In this document: positions 40,424 to 54,345 of the stretch, in pieces
How positions within the stretch are numbered: position 1 is the stretch's first letter
Layout: each line of letters starts with the position of its first letter
Assembly (NCBI GenBank): GCA_050575255.1
Contig: JBNZDD010013598.1
Coordinates: 580,870 to 644,869 of the forward strand
Reading direction: 5' to 3'
Source: Harriotta raleighana
Taxonomy: Eukaryota
Length of the DNA: 64,000 bases
The notes under the pieces: model-generated
Databases searched by the model: none
What the model was told of the DNA's origin: nothing
Seen by the model: only the letters and a program-made list of their open reading frames with translations
Made by a program: the position numbers and the translations under genes

Positions 40424-40716
40424 GGAATCCTGTAGCTCAGTGGTTAGAGCACTCCCCTTACAAGTGTGAGACCTGTGTTCGAATCCAAGCAGATCAGGGC
40501 GAAACCTAATAATAATCCCTCAAAAAAACCCACAATAATAAAAATTGGTCATTTCAATCCACGACTGTTTGTGGGGACCCTACTGTGCGCAAATGGATGC
40601 CGCGTTTCACCCGCAAATATACAGTCAATTCACTTTACAGTATATTCTGTGAAGCGCTTTGAGACGTTTAGAAGACGTGAAAAGTGCTACATCAAATTCA
40701 ACGATTATTATTATTA
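40424..40716 (+). mobile_element. SINE A with an internal deletion of about 28 nt
   Basis: GAAACCT|AATAAT lacks TGGGCAAGTTTCCTTACTCCACACGCCT found in other copies; CCT microhomology at the breakpoints. Confidence 0.9.
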
Positions 40717-40959
40717 TATGGCAGAATACCATGAGAGGCAGGCAGAGTTTAAATGAATCAATCCCACATTTGTTTTAGTTTCTGGAATCCAGTACACTTG
40801 CGTACACATTCTGGGAATGACTAAGGTCATTCTGTCCACGTGGCTCAACAGTCACTGAAGTGCTGTCCCTTGTGATATACGACACAAGGCCTGGATCTAT
40901 TTCCTCTCTGCTGTGTACGGAACCTGTCTATTTCCTTCATGAATACTTCAACTGATTCA

Positions 40960-41135
40960 GCATTGATTTCACAAGGTAGCCTTTGATGAATGTGAAGTTT
41001 ATTCCTTGAACTATATTTAGCTTGCTAGCCATTTTGATGTAAGATCAGTTCCCCTATTGTTTCAATACAAGATGTTGCTTTGTCTACCCTAATTCCCTTG
41101 ATTATTTTAACAACTAATTAAGTCACCGCAGTTTT
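40960..41135 (-). mobile_element. Degenerate CR1 fragment
   Basis: Resembles the reversed CR1 ORF2 end (CTACCCTAATTCCCTTGATTATTTTAAACAAC). Confidence 0.4.
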
Positions 41136-41529
41136 TTTTTCCCCTCTGAGATTTCTGAAGGATCTTCACAATAAACCTTTACTTTGATTTCCTTCCACCA
41201 TGTCAGCCTTTCTGCAATTATGGCTGCAGTGTTACCTTTGTACAGTCATGCCAATGTTTGACAGAGCATTTGAAAGACTTCTCTGTTGTTTTATGGAACT
41301 ACTTGTACTGCACTTTTTAAGATGCACCAATCCCACGGAGACCTTGTCAACCACTGCAGCCAAGAAAACAATTCTTGAAGACAAGCAATCTGAAGGGAAG
41401 CATTAGCAAAGGATGCTTCCCTTCAGAATGTTCAAGAGAAATGGAGGAGGGAGAAGTGCATGTGTATTAATGATCAAGCATGTTATTTAACAGTTTCTCA
41501 CTCCCCCCACCCTGCCCAACCCGCCCACC

Positions 41530-41760
41530 ATGGACAGGTGAGTACAGCCTTACAGACAAGCGATGTGCCAGGTTTAATCTCGGTCTTGAGTCAACTAATC
41601 TCAAATGGGGTAACAGTAGGGAACCCTAAAATTAGCCTCAGCATTCCTGGAGGAAACCTCTTGTGCAGATTTCTGCTAAGTAAGTTATGTGGAAGTCACA
41701 AAGGACAGAATCGGGTTCAGCTGTTGATATCACCTACTGCAGTGCAGTGTGTAGGCTGCT
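41530..41760 (+). mobile_element. Family B ancient repeat
   Basis: CCAGGTTTAATCTCGGTCTTGAGTCAACTAATCTCA...GGACAGAATCGGG resembles the 25.8 kb and 63.5 kb copies. Confidence 0.5.
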
Positions 41761-42339
41761 AACTTGTCCTATCGGGATATGCTTGAAGCCCTGCGGTGAG
41801 GCAGAAAGGGCAGCTAAATTCTGTGGAACTGTACATCATCATAAGTCAGAGAACTGGAGGATGAAATATGAAGTATTCACGTTAAAACTTCTGTTCATAT
41901 TTGACAGACCAGCTACATCGGGCTGAACGATTAGCAAGCAAATATTTCAGGATTAATTTCTTCATCTTCAGCTTTATTTTAAATTAGAGCAGCTAATTAC
42001 ACCATTGGACATGAGATAGATTTTTGTTCCAATGAAACATTCACTAAACAAGAGCATAACAGAATTAATGCCCATTTCCCAACTGTTGCCAAGAATAATC
42101 AATCACAGCTCCACAAAAGGGAAATAAAAAGAAGCACTTGTAGAGTTTTCCCCCATTAATTAATGGTTATAAAATCAGCACAAATTAATTAATTAACTCA
42201 ATACAAAAATCAACAAGTTGACCTCAGGCAAAAATGTAGGTACAGAAATTCATGCAGGAATTGAACATAGATTTTATCATCAATGTAAATAGTTACATAC
42301 ACCATTTCTGTGTACAGAACAGTTTGTGGCTGCTGTTGC

Positions 42340-42628
42340 GACATAGCTATGCGCAAATTGGTGGCCGCGTTTGCCTACAAATACGTTCTTTGAATGAGAT
42401 GTTAAACCGAGGTCCCGTCAGCTTGTTCAGGTAGACTTTAAAGATCCTGAGTCACTATACTTTACTGTATATCTCACGAGGCACTTTGAGGTATCTCGAT
42501 GATGTGATAATGCCCTACAGCCCACAAATATATAGTCAATTCATTTTGCAGTATATTCTGTGAAACACTTTGAGACATCTGGAAGACGTGAAAAGAGCTA
42601 CATCAAATGCAAGAATTATTATTATTAT
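42340..42628 (+). mobile_element. Composite of SINE A tails and a Deu-domain-like core fragment
   Basis: GAATGAGATGTTAAACCGAGGTCCCGTC...AAAGATCC lies inside an old SINE tail, followed by a younger tail. Confidence 0.7.
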
Positions 42629-42866
42629 AAACCCATTTGTCTTATCAAATACAAGATTATTATTCTTGACAGGCTTTTGACAAGTCTGCGCACACCTTGA
42701 GACATTGCAACTCTTTAGGCAACATAACAAATCAGAGGCTTATTTTGTTCTTATTAAAACATATTAACCACCCAATGGGTTTTGCTCATTGGTGACCTGT
42801 TGGGAGCTTTTTTCTCTGCCATTAGTCTGATTAGACAGCCATCCAGACTGAAAGGCATCGGGATAA

Positions 42867-42882
42867 GTGCCATCTAGTGGCC
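42867..42882 (-). promoter_or_regulatory. CTCF core motif
   Basis: Minus strand GGCCACTAGATGGCAC matches the canonical CCACYAGRKGGCRC consensus; occupancy unknown. Confidence 0.55.
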
Positions 42883-43379
42883 CTAAAGGAGGGAAAAAGT
42901 ACAGCAGGATTTGTTCAGATCTTCCCCACAGGCCCATCGATCAAACATTTCCAACAAAGTCATCCTCCGATGGTGCTTTCCCTATTGGTGATTTGGTCCG
43001 GAAACCTCAAAGAAAATGCTAACTGTCAATGTTGTTCCTGGTGGGAAACATTGTCCAACGTGCAACCAAAGTACAGTTCTGCTGCTCATTGGCCAGTCAA
43101 AATTTGACCCAATTGAAGAAAGACAGTTAGAGTGAGGAAAATGAAATATTATGTAATGAGATAATAAGTTCCAAACAAAATACTGATATTCTAAGACTTG
43201 CCTAAAATATCCCTTTCCCCCCTTTTCAAGTTCCTCCTGCAGATGTGAACATGCTTGACATAGCAGATGTGAACACCAAACCGCTGTCTAAATAAAATTT
43301 TGCATCATTCTCAGTTTCAAGCACTTCTCAGCCCAACCACAAAGGCTTTCTGCTCATTTTGTGAAACTAACAAATCACT

Positions 43380-43681
43380 TAATAATGATCCTTGGATTTG
43401 ATACAGCGCTTTTCACACTGAATCGACATCTCAAAGCGCTTCACAGAATAAACTGCAAAGTGAATTGATTGTATTTTTGTGGGTGAAATATGGCAGTCAA
43501 TTGCGCACAGCAGTGTCCCACAAACTGTCATGGATTGAATTGACCCATTTATTATTGTTGTTTTTTCGAGGGATTATTATCAGGCGTGTGGAGTAAGAAA
43601 ACTTGCCCAAGGTTTCACCCTTCTGGGAATCGAACCCAGGTTGCAAGATGAATGCTCTAACCATTGAGTTACAGGTCTCCA
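43380..43681 (-). mobile_element. SINE A with a shortened, diverged head
   Basis: Head TAACTCAATGG...GGTTCGATTCC; body and tail conserved. Confidence 0.88.
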
Positions 43682-46600
43682 TTGTGCTCCAGGACTCAAT
43701 TTAACAGGTTGGTGACATTAAAAACAATGGTCTGCTGGCTCAACACTGACTGGTGCAGTATTCAAAAGCTTCCTGGGACAGTTTAAAGAGAATTATTTGG
43801 TTAGCTTTTCGGCAGTGCTGGGAAAGTTGTGCTGCCTGCCAACAATCTTAGCATTACTGTGCAGAGGAAAACTCAACACTCAGCTCCACAGTAAATTTCA
43901 TAGACTCAGGATCTCTCTCTTCTTTTTTTTCATGTGCTGGATCTGGATTCCTTACTCGTATTCACAGTCTGCATTTCTATTGAAATGTCCTACTCTCACT
44001 GCTGGCACTCAACCCCAATTTTTCACTTTGTACATATGTAAACAGCAACTGATTTGTGCACCACCAAAATGTTGAGCAACCAAACACTGGAGGGTGAATT
44101 GCATAGCACAGCAAATCTGCCTTCAGTTTACATTGCATTAGGTCTAAATCCCATGTCAACGTGGATCTTTTGTGTTGGAACTGTTTTGTGGGAACGCTTA
44201 GAGATGCTTGACATGATAAGATGCTATCAAAATACAAGTGCTTTCTTCATCTTGATCTCAGTGTAGTACACTCTTCCTTGCTTACAAAGTAGCCACTATT
44301 ATGATGATAATTATTATTATGTTCGACAAACCGTTAAGATTGTGTGACAGAATGATAGCGTTACAAAGTACAACCTATAAATAAAGCAGTGGAAGAGTTG
44401 TACTCTTCCTGCAATGATGTCCGTTTAATCTGTCGAATGTATTCAATACATTCCGAGACCAATGACCTCAACAGAACCAACTCTTCCCTCCCACACCCTC
44501 CCACTCCCTCCTGAAAGTCACCCTGCACCTCGAGTTTGAATGTCAACTGCAATTCCCGAAAATGGCTAAAACGCCAGGGACCGTGGAAACCGCAAGCCAA
44601 TTCACAAACTGGCACTTTGGAGCCGTGCCACAAAAAGAGATGAATTACAAAAAGCACACTTGAATGGAGATTTGATATTAATATGGCAACATGAGCTCCT
44701 ATAAATACTTATATACCAGTCAACTTTCCACAGCACAAGTAATTCTCAATGGACTTTCAATGCAGGTTTTCAGTGCTCAGGTATTTTAACGCACACCGAT
44801 ATATTCAGCAAATTACATTTGGGTCAATAGTTATATACTCCGGTCCAAGTGATTCCAACAGGTTAAAGTATAAATGGAGCAGACGATTCCCAAAAACCAA
44901 CAAAATGTCTGAGTAGCAGAGAAATTAATTCGGGCTAAATCATAGATTTATCTATAGATCACAGACAACAGTGGAAGTGTAAACCTAGATTGGGCAAACG
45001 GTGGGTAGGGGAAGGGGCATCGGGGGGGGAGTGGGAGGAACATCACATTCTTTAACTTCAAATTCATTCTAGAAATGAGTTAGTTTTTTTAAAAATGAGA
45101 ACCTTCCCCAAAGGACGCCATTATACTCAGATATTAAAAAAAAAATTCATGGAAACAACCTTAAATTCTGTGATATTGTTAAGATGCCTTTTGAGAACGG
45201 AGATTGCACCATGGTACAATATCCAATCTGAAAAGCTGGAAGCAAACCAAGCCTTAATGAGTAAAAGCAAACCATAAATACTTTGAAGAGCCACTATAAT
45301 AGTGTTTGGGAATCCATAAAATCATGACCAGCAATCCAACAGAGTGCAATAATGGTCAAAGCTTCTACACACGATATATGTTTGCAGAAATAAGAAACCC
45401 TGGCCAGAGAGCTGGAAGCCAAAATTGGCCAACTTCTGGATCATCAGGTCTGCACCCCGCATAGCTAATTATTATGAAATACTTACTAACACATTTCGAC
45501 TGTACTTCGAAGGATATCAAGATTAACGGAGCATGACTACATTTTCCATTTGAGAATAAACGCTATCAATCAATATTTCTCTACCTATGTATTCAATGTG
45601 ATTCCCAAGCTGCTGCACATTCCCACGGAGAGTGGTGCTGGCGGTGACCTAAACTGTTGCTTCCGTTCAAAAATAAAATCTTAATTGCATTTCCAAACTC
45701 TTGCTGCTGTATATGAAGTCTAATACTGAGTGGACCAGCTTGATCTTGAATCCTGAACACATTCAATAAAGACATAAACTGATCAACTGACTGCAGCACA
45801 CAATGAAGATTCATTTATCAGGTCAAAGATATTGTTACGAAGGCAACACCCCTACCCACCCACACCTCCCCACCTTGTGCCACTAACTATTCAAAATCAG
45901 AGTCGTATAAAAATTAAACTGAAAAAGTGATTACGTTTCTTATTTGAAACCTTTGTGCATAGAAGGCCCCCTCCCCCAATCTCCTTAGATCCAATTAATT
46001 TTCCTTTCCAAGAAAATTAAAATGTGAAGCCCATCAGGAATGCCATTCAGGAACAAATTGATGGGATTCCACCTGCTTTCCGATGTGACCTGACACATAT
46101 ACGTTTACTTAATTTTAGTACAGCAGCTGTAACCAAATATGTCAAGCAACTAAATCCAAGTGCTAAAATCATCCCCTGACGTTGATATCACACAATTAAA
46201 CATCTGTTCAGAGAGTTAGCTTTACGTCGGAAGAAGTGCCCATTGAGAACATGCGCGTGTGATTCAACTAATGAAATTAGGACTGTTTAATAATAATAAT
46301 TCTTGCATTTATATAGCATCTATAATGTTGAAATGTTTCAAAGCACTTTTCTGCAATTTTTGCTAACAGTAACAACTGTGTATTTGCACACAATAATTAA
46401 TTGGCTGAACGAATCGATTACAGCAAAATAGAGGGGAGAAGGGAGTGAAGAGAAGAGGAATTGAGTTGCAAATATGCAGTTGCAAATATTACTGCCCACG
46501 ACAACCTTACAGCAGCCTAAACCTTGTTTCTTCGTTTACTGATTTTAATTTGGTTTGCTTTCACTTGGGCACATCGCAGGAAAGAATAATAAGAAATGTT

Positions 46601-49600
46601 TACTTGTATCTGATACGAAGCAGGCCAAACAAGAGTTTCTCTCCAAACTTGATAAAGCTGCTAACTATTATACTTGCTGTTTACAAGAAGATTCACAATG
46701 TTTATGAACAATTTTGGGGCACATAATAAATATAGCCTTCTTCTGAAACCAGTAAAGTGAAGCATAATCTCATTGCTGAAGTGATCTATTTACAAAACAA
46801 GAATTTACGTTGCTGAGTTCCATTACTAAGTCGGGGTGAACTGAAGCCTGTCAAAAGTGCTACTTAGCTTGACAGTTAATCCACGCTTTTCAGACAGGCT
46901 ACTGAATAATTTAGAAAAGCTGTAGGTGGATGGCAATTTCTGCTTTTAGTGCACTATTCACCATCCAACAGTTGGCTTCCCCTCTTTACTCTTCAAAAAG
47001 CCTCTGCAGGGCAGTTGGTTCGAGGAAGCTGATGCACAAGTACGATGTAGCAGAGGACTGGTGTTTCTAAGACATTATGGTGAAGTGAGTCTGCTCTCCT
47101 GAAGCAGCTAAAATATTAAACCTCAAGTAGCTGCTCGCTAGTTGTTTCAAGATGGCATTCAAGGACCAAGATGCCAGTTAGTTCCTGTGCAGAATGGCAG
47201 CGGTTATATATGAAGGCACTTAGGCCAATCTGATCAGAGCAGTCCTGTTATCTATTACTGGAAAAGTTCCAGCAGCGTTCACAGATTTAATCAATCATTC
47301 TTTCACTGATATTTACAAAACATTCGCGAGATACGAGCGGATGATGTCTAAGTACATGCTCTAAATTGAACATTCAGAGTTCTGTAATGGGAAAGAGAAT
47401 ATTTTATACTTTAATGGGGATTAAACATTGAGACATGCGACGTGCAATGCTATGTAAATTCAGGGCGTTGTGTAAAATGGAATATGACAGATTGGCAGTG
47501 CATTCTTTGTCCAGGTGTGAGATCAACATACAACCCGTCAACAATAATTAGAAGAGGTGATATTTCAGAATAAATTCAACCTTTTTCCATACTTGTTTAT
47601 GCACTTGCAATGACACATACCCTCAATGAGGCTCTTGCTTGTCACCCATTCAATTGCACTCCCTGGCAGTCCACATGCGTATGCCAGCAGAAGTGGTAAT
47701 TGTTTCCCAATTACCGCTTCGAAGTACAGTTAACTGATGCGGTCTTAGAATGTCCATGCAACAATGCAAGGATGTAATTACTAAACCCATCTTACAAGGC
47801 CAGCCTCCGAAAGATAACATCACAAACATTAGCCTAATACTAAAGGAAAACCTTCATGGTATTTAACAGAATACAATTACCAATAGGAATTCCTATACAG
47901 TGTAAGGAAACTCATCATGATCAAGAACATAATTTGCAATGATCAAACACTGCATCCCCAAAACTACACCTGCATCTAACATATGACTTATGAAAGGTTG
48001 GGTTTAATATTTCAGGAGCATTTGTTTAGAAGAAAGCTCTTTAAATATTTATCCAAATGAACAACTACACCATTCAATATATTTTCCAGATCAATGAGCC
48101 AGGCAATGTTCTCCTGCATTAAGTGTTCATATGCACATTAAAGTCATTTCTCCCAGCCTGTTCTCACTCACTCTGCACTCTACACTCTACAGTGGAAGCC
48201 CTCACCGTGCTCACAAATTTATTCTGACATTCATTCGGAGATGTCCCTAGAATGTTAAGAGTAAGGTTCACTATTCCAGCAGCTCTCATAGTTTAGCTGT
48301 TTCATGAGGGTATTTCCTCAACGCAAATCCATTCCATAGAAACATTTGTGAACACAATGCAGTCAGCCACGGCATAGAAGGATTTACTCCTCTATCCACG
48401 GGTAAAATGTGACGTGCATAGTGGTAAAGCTTCTCTACCTTTTACAAAGTTAAGCAATGCCAATTAATTGATTTTCCCCAAAGTACGATATCCTCCATAT
48501 ATATTTGGCTATTTGTATTTGCCAGAGCCTTGGGACGTGCTCCCAACATGAAAGCCCGATGTAAATGTAATATTGTTGTTGTCTAATTATTTCCAACCCC
48601 TCATCACTGGCACATTAAACGTAACCCAATGACATTTAGTTATGTATTCACAGAAGTTACAGTGTTCCATTGGATTGATACCACTGGGACATTAAATAAT
48701 ACAATAACAGCAGAATTGCATTGTGTAGCGCCCTGATCTCCAGTATTATATACCCTCGATGAAAAGAACTGAAAGGACAGTCTGTCTTTGGTAAACAGAA
48801 GTAATTTAAAAGCAGATTAAAACCTTGGCCATCACTCAAAGGGTGCAGCTACACTGCACACCTTGCATCACTGCAGTGCTGAAATCACTGCAAGCGATTC
48901 AAGCTGTGCAGTGTTCCTACACTGTTAAGCTGACACAATGCAACATGTACACACACACACTGCATCTGAATAAAATTCAGAAGGCTACTGTAAAACACAA
49001 AAAAGGTCACTCTGGTTAGAATTCTCATTAACATTAAGTGATGCATCAGAAGGCACCGGAAGGCTGAAAACACAGCTATAGTACTATAGCTAGATCCAAC
49101 CCTTCTCTCCCAACATCTAATCAGATTAGAGAATTCACACATCTGCAATGCAGTCAAGCTCTCATTGGAAACTGTGTATATTTGATGTGCTCCAAAAATC
49201 ATTCTGATGTTTCTTGGGGGAAGGGGGGATAAACATCCAAGAACTCACATATTAACCCACATATTAAAACCAACATTTAGCAATATGAACACAACGCACA
49301 AAAGAAGGGTAGAAAGAAAAATTGAATTTTCTCTTTGGTTTTCAAACAGTGAAAATATATAAAATATACAATCATTAACTTTACAGTAAATCATACAAAG
49401 CATTTTGAAATTTACTCCCAAATGCAAAAGCACTATATGAAATGCAGGAATATTGCTGGTGTCAAAGGATCATTAATGTGCATCAAACAAGCAGATGGAA
49501 CAAAGATTTAGTGTTTTGTGAGAAGGACAGCACCTCTGCCAATCCTGTACCTCGCAGTGGCAGCGTAGATTGTGAGCTCAAGGCTGTGACTTAGGCCTTG

Positions 49601-52600
49601 AACATGCACACCATTTTTAGGTAAACTGTTGGTAAAATTATTGCCAAGAGAAGAGACGCAGAAAGATCAGATGCTTTCTCTTTGAATCAAAAAGCAACAG
49701 TTTTTTTTAACAAAATAACACACCAGTTTCTCTTCAACTGAGAAATTGATCAATACCAAACAGTAATACAGCTGCCGATTTCAACACAGTATTTCCTCCT
49801 CCTATCTATCTAAATTACATTAACTAAATTAAATCTGGGAACGTTCCACTAGCCAGCAACCCCGTTGAAAGTCGCCAGATAACGTTATGGTGATTTTTAA
49901 AACTGCTCAACTATTCAAACTGCAAGTGCTTTCCGTGGAGTATGCAAGAATCGGAAGATCTGAGTTTGAATTCTAGTCTTGACTAACAATTACGTTCAGG
50001 TTTCCCAAGGGCAGGTTTGCCAGCTTTATAGGGTCATTCCCAGCAATGGAACAAATAGGAGGGAACTCCCTTCATTATTCAAAGGTACCTCCCGGTGCTT
50101 TAGTCAAAGTTCCACAAATGATAGATCGATTACATTTATTTCATACTGCCCAGCAGATGAAGAACTGTTTGGCCACTGTTGAGAACCAGAAGACATCAAA
50201 CTACACATATATTCAGTGCTAGGAATTTAAAGCTTTACCATAACCTTGATGCGCACAAACCACTCAACCATGGGTTATGAATATTACAATAAAAAACTAA
50301 AACGGCCTGCTAATTTGGGGTGACTGACGGGCAGAGTGAAATTGCAAATGCAACTCAAGAGAAAGATCCAACGAAGCACAGCAATTCGGAATGCGAAATT
50401 CAGGACTCAAATGGAATTGAACTGTTCAATAAATATTCAAATACGTTTTGGATCCAGCAACCAATCCTGAAATTCAGGTGGAGGGAGAGAGTAACAGGAG
50501 AAGCGTACAGTGGTATATTTCTCGTCACAATTATGTCAAGTAAACGTAAAACCACACTGATAAAATGGATAATACTAAGACTCTCGTCTCGTCTCTGAAA
50601 CCTAGCTTATACACGAGCATTGATCAGATTGGAGAAGAGAGAATGAGAGCCAAGTGGAAAAGGGGGAAGAGGGACGAGGGAGGAGGAGAAGGGGAAGAGA
50701 TTAAATGCAGAACAGCCACCTCATAGTGACAATTTTAAAAAAAATTTATATCTTTCAAATATTTTACCATGGAGTAATACTTTGATCCAAACCATCTCAA
50801 CACAAAACCAAACTGGTATAATGTAATGTCAAAGTTGATGAATTAACAAGATCATTTTTTTTTTAAATGAGTCAGGTAATTTGTTCTGCCCAATTTTGTC
50901 GAAATGTAAAGGTGAATGAAAAGGCTGCCATAATTAAGTGCCACTGAAGTTCAATAGAATACATCCATTTAAACATTCCCTCTCCACCACCACTCAGAAA
51001 GCTATATTTGCCAAGGAATATTACACAAGTTTGAAATTCTATCCAGACCCTGCAATCATTTCATTGTAAATATTGGCTTTATGGCAAAATATTAGCATTG
51101 GGGTAATAACCTTGGGTAAAGCACTTCACTGCAGCAATACTGTTTCACAGTTTGACAAAACTTCCAAGTATAGCAAATAAAGTTTCTATTCTGACAAGTG
51201 AAAAATACATTTTGTTCAATGTAATAGATAGAGAAAGTGAAAGATTTACGCTACTGCTAATTATTCCTCCATCTGCAATAACGACTTTAAAATAGTTAAT
51301 CAAGGTCCAATTTTGTTCAAAAGGAGACAGCTTCATTTACTCCCCAAAAAATAGAAGAGTGAGTTCAAAGCTCAAATTTGAAACACATTTAAAAAGTTAT
51401 AAGTGTCAAACTTCCTGCCTGATGTATTGTACAAATTGCAAATGAATGTGCCGTTGATCCAGAACTCCATAGTAAAGCACCTTAGGAGGATGTAAAGCAG
51501 ACTTCTGTTCGCTGTGTATCTCAAGCCCAGCTACATCTGGCAAATACTGTAGTTGGCTTTTAGAGACAGAACAAAAGATTTGTGAGAAACTGCCCAAAGA
51601 GGGAAACAATTTTCCAACTCTTGCTCAAAGAACTGCAGACATCCACCCCCATTCTTACCTCATGTCTCTTCCAAGGAGACATTATATGTGGGGACTGAAG
51701 TTACAATATTAATAGACCATATACCAGTTTCTGCCTGAATCAGGAACATATCATAATGACTATCTAAATTGATCATTGGTCTGTTAGCAGTTAGTAAGTA
51801 ATAAGCATTAGTGAAGTATGAGGGGTTTTTTCCCCTCCCATCGCATAATACAAACTGAATTTCTAAACAAAAGCAAAGTACAGTACTTTCGTTGCTTTTC
51901 AGAGGTTCTTTTTGCGATTTCCTTCCCCTCAATAGGAATAACTCTCCTGCATTGCCCATCCAAGGTGACTACAGAACTTAAAGAGTAGCAGAAGCATTTA
52001 TGGCCTAACCTCTTGAACAAGCATATGGCACAGGACATAAGGGTGCCAACCAGGGAGAAACAAACCTGCAATATGGAAGTAAAAGGAATTTGTGTGCCAA
52101 GCATGTGGAGCGCAGTTGTATGACTGAAATGTTGCGCTGCAGAGGAACAGGTGCTATATCCAATTGGGGGTTTTGTTCTGACTCATAACAGTATTACATA
52201 CTGGGACAGTATTGTGGTCCAATGATTCTATTCAGGTTCTGTTTATATAATGCTGAGCTAAAATTAAAGGAACACCGGAATCTCTAACAAGAGGTTCACT
52301 GGGCACGGTTGTTCCAGATATTCAATGTCAGCCAAGCACTCTACACATTCAGAATGTAAACATTATTATGTGGGGGTGGCGAGGGACGAGGTCACATTTC
52401 ATTCAAGGTTTAAATGCAAGGTCTTGACCGATTCTCCAGCTATCCATTTGTAATGTGTTTTGTTTCCCACCAATAGCTGCAATGCTGCATTTCACAATAT
52501 CCAAAGGAAAGGTTGAAAATTGCCTCGCAGAAATAATGACCCTGCTGAGAGAAACAGCTTGCTTAAGCACTTTCAACAGTGGCAGATTACTGCAGGCTAT

Positions 52601-54167
52601 TCACAATCACATCATTAAGACAGGGGGAAAAAATTGTCTATTATGAGCTGCAAGAATCATTTGCTGAAACTACTCAATCCCTACCAACACTGTACTGATG
52701 AAAAAATGAACTGCAAATGAATTCTTTTTCAGGTTCATATGCCATCCCCACCACTTCCCCCACCCCCCCCACCAAAACAAAATACAGAAATGCTGTTCAA
52801 ACTCTGCTCAAGAATTATTTGCAAATTGACCTATATTTACAAGACAGGTAATGATTTGTAATTTGAGGAACAAATGCTATCTTCAAGTCTGCAAGTATTC
52901 AATTCTGTAAGTGTATATGTAGAATATTTTATTGACAACTTCATAGTGGCAACCATCTTGAATATCTATTCTCTAGTGCCTGAAGTACTTTAGATCTCAT
53001 TACTGCCAACAATCCTTTGTATATTCACTGATTTCCCCTCTACTTACCCAATAATCATCTTGTAAAACATGCCTGTCTCATACAGAAAGAAAAAAATCTA
53101 AACCCACTTGTATAAAAATAGAAGCATTCTTGTAAAACCTTACACCGAATGCAACACAGTTACTCTGAATTTTCCCAGATATATACATCTGCTTTTTGAT
53201 TAAAATAAACCAGGTCTCACAGAAAACTTCAGAAAACACTGGCAACCTTAGGCAACTGTAACTGCTGCATTTTCAGGCATAAAAAAATACCCACACACAA
53301 TCGACCACTATACTGTATAGCAAACTGGAGCATATAGTCACTGACCAACAACATTCATTGACACAGCACCCTCCATGCCAGATGGTGCTTCATGATCAGT
53401 GACATGATAGCTTACAACCTGGCCTAGATCTGGATTAGCCTGCACTGTTAGTAACTTTGCTCAGGACCAATTTTTTAGATTGTCTGTCGATATCTTGTCG
53501 ATTTTCTTAAAAAGATGAATTTCTGTTTGGTGCCATCTTTCTTTTGACCACATCAGTATGACTTAACACTTCATAAATAAAACTGGTATGTTATTCTTTC
53601 CAACGGAACTCAAGTATTTACCAAACGGTCTTCACTGTTTGAAAGTTAGCACCAAATCTTGCCACATTGTGAAATCTGAAGCAAATTCAGTGTTGTGAAG
53701 GGTGCTGTACACACACACACACATACGCCTGCCCTAAACCCCACAGATTCCCAACAACAAGCAGTCATCAATATAAATTGTATATTCAAGGAAATTGTAT
53801 TTTATAAATTATGTGCGACTTAACGAATGTTTAATATAATGCAATTAAAGACCACTTATTGCATTGCCTTCCGGAACAACAGTACAGACTCTCTTGGTTA
53901 TTGATATATTGTATTTCACCATGCGAATCGTTTAGGAACTCAAATGTATGCTTTCCAGTAAAGCACCAATTCCGAATAATACAAGATTCATACCAATGTA
54001 AAATGAAAAGCAAAATGTTAAGCTCAGGCATTGTAAGTAATGTTGAAACAGACTGAGCAGGCTCTACATTAGCAGTTCCATTTCTATGGCGTTTAGAACT
54101 AAAGGCTTAGTCTTTGTTTGCTTGCTGTGATGTTGGCATTGCATAGACTGGGGGGTTTTAAAGGTTT

Positions 54168-54345
54168 GAGTGCCTTGGGACGTCCTCCCAACGTGAAAGG
54201 CGCTCTATAAATGTAATTTTATTTTTTGTAATTTTATTTTCGTCCACAAATATACTGTCATTTTATTTTACAGTACATTCAGTGAAGCACTTTGAGATGT
54301 CGATGTGAAAAGCTTTATCTCAAATGCAAGGATTATTATTATTGT
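54168..54345 (+). mobile_element. L2 tail followed by SINE A tail
   Basis: GCCTTGGGACGTCCTCCCAACGTGAAAGGCGCTCTATAAATGTAATTTT, then a SINE 3' end. Confidence 0.8.
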
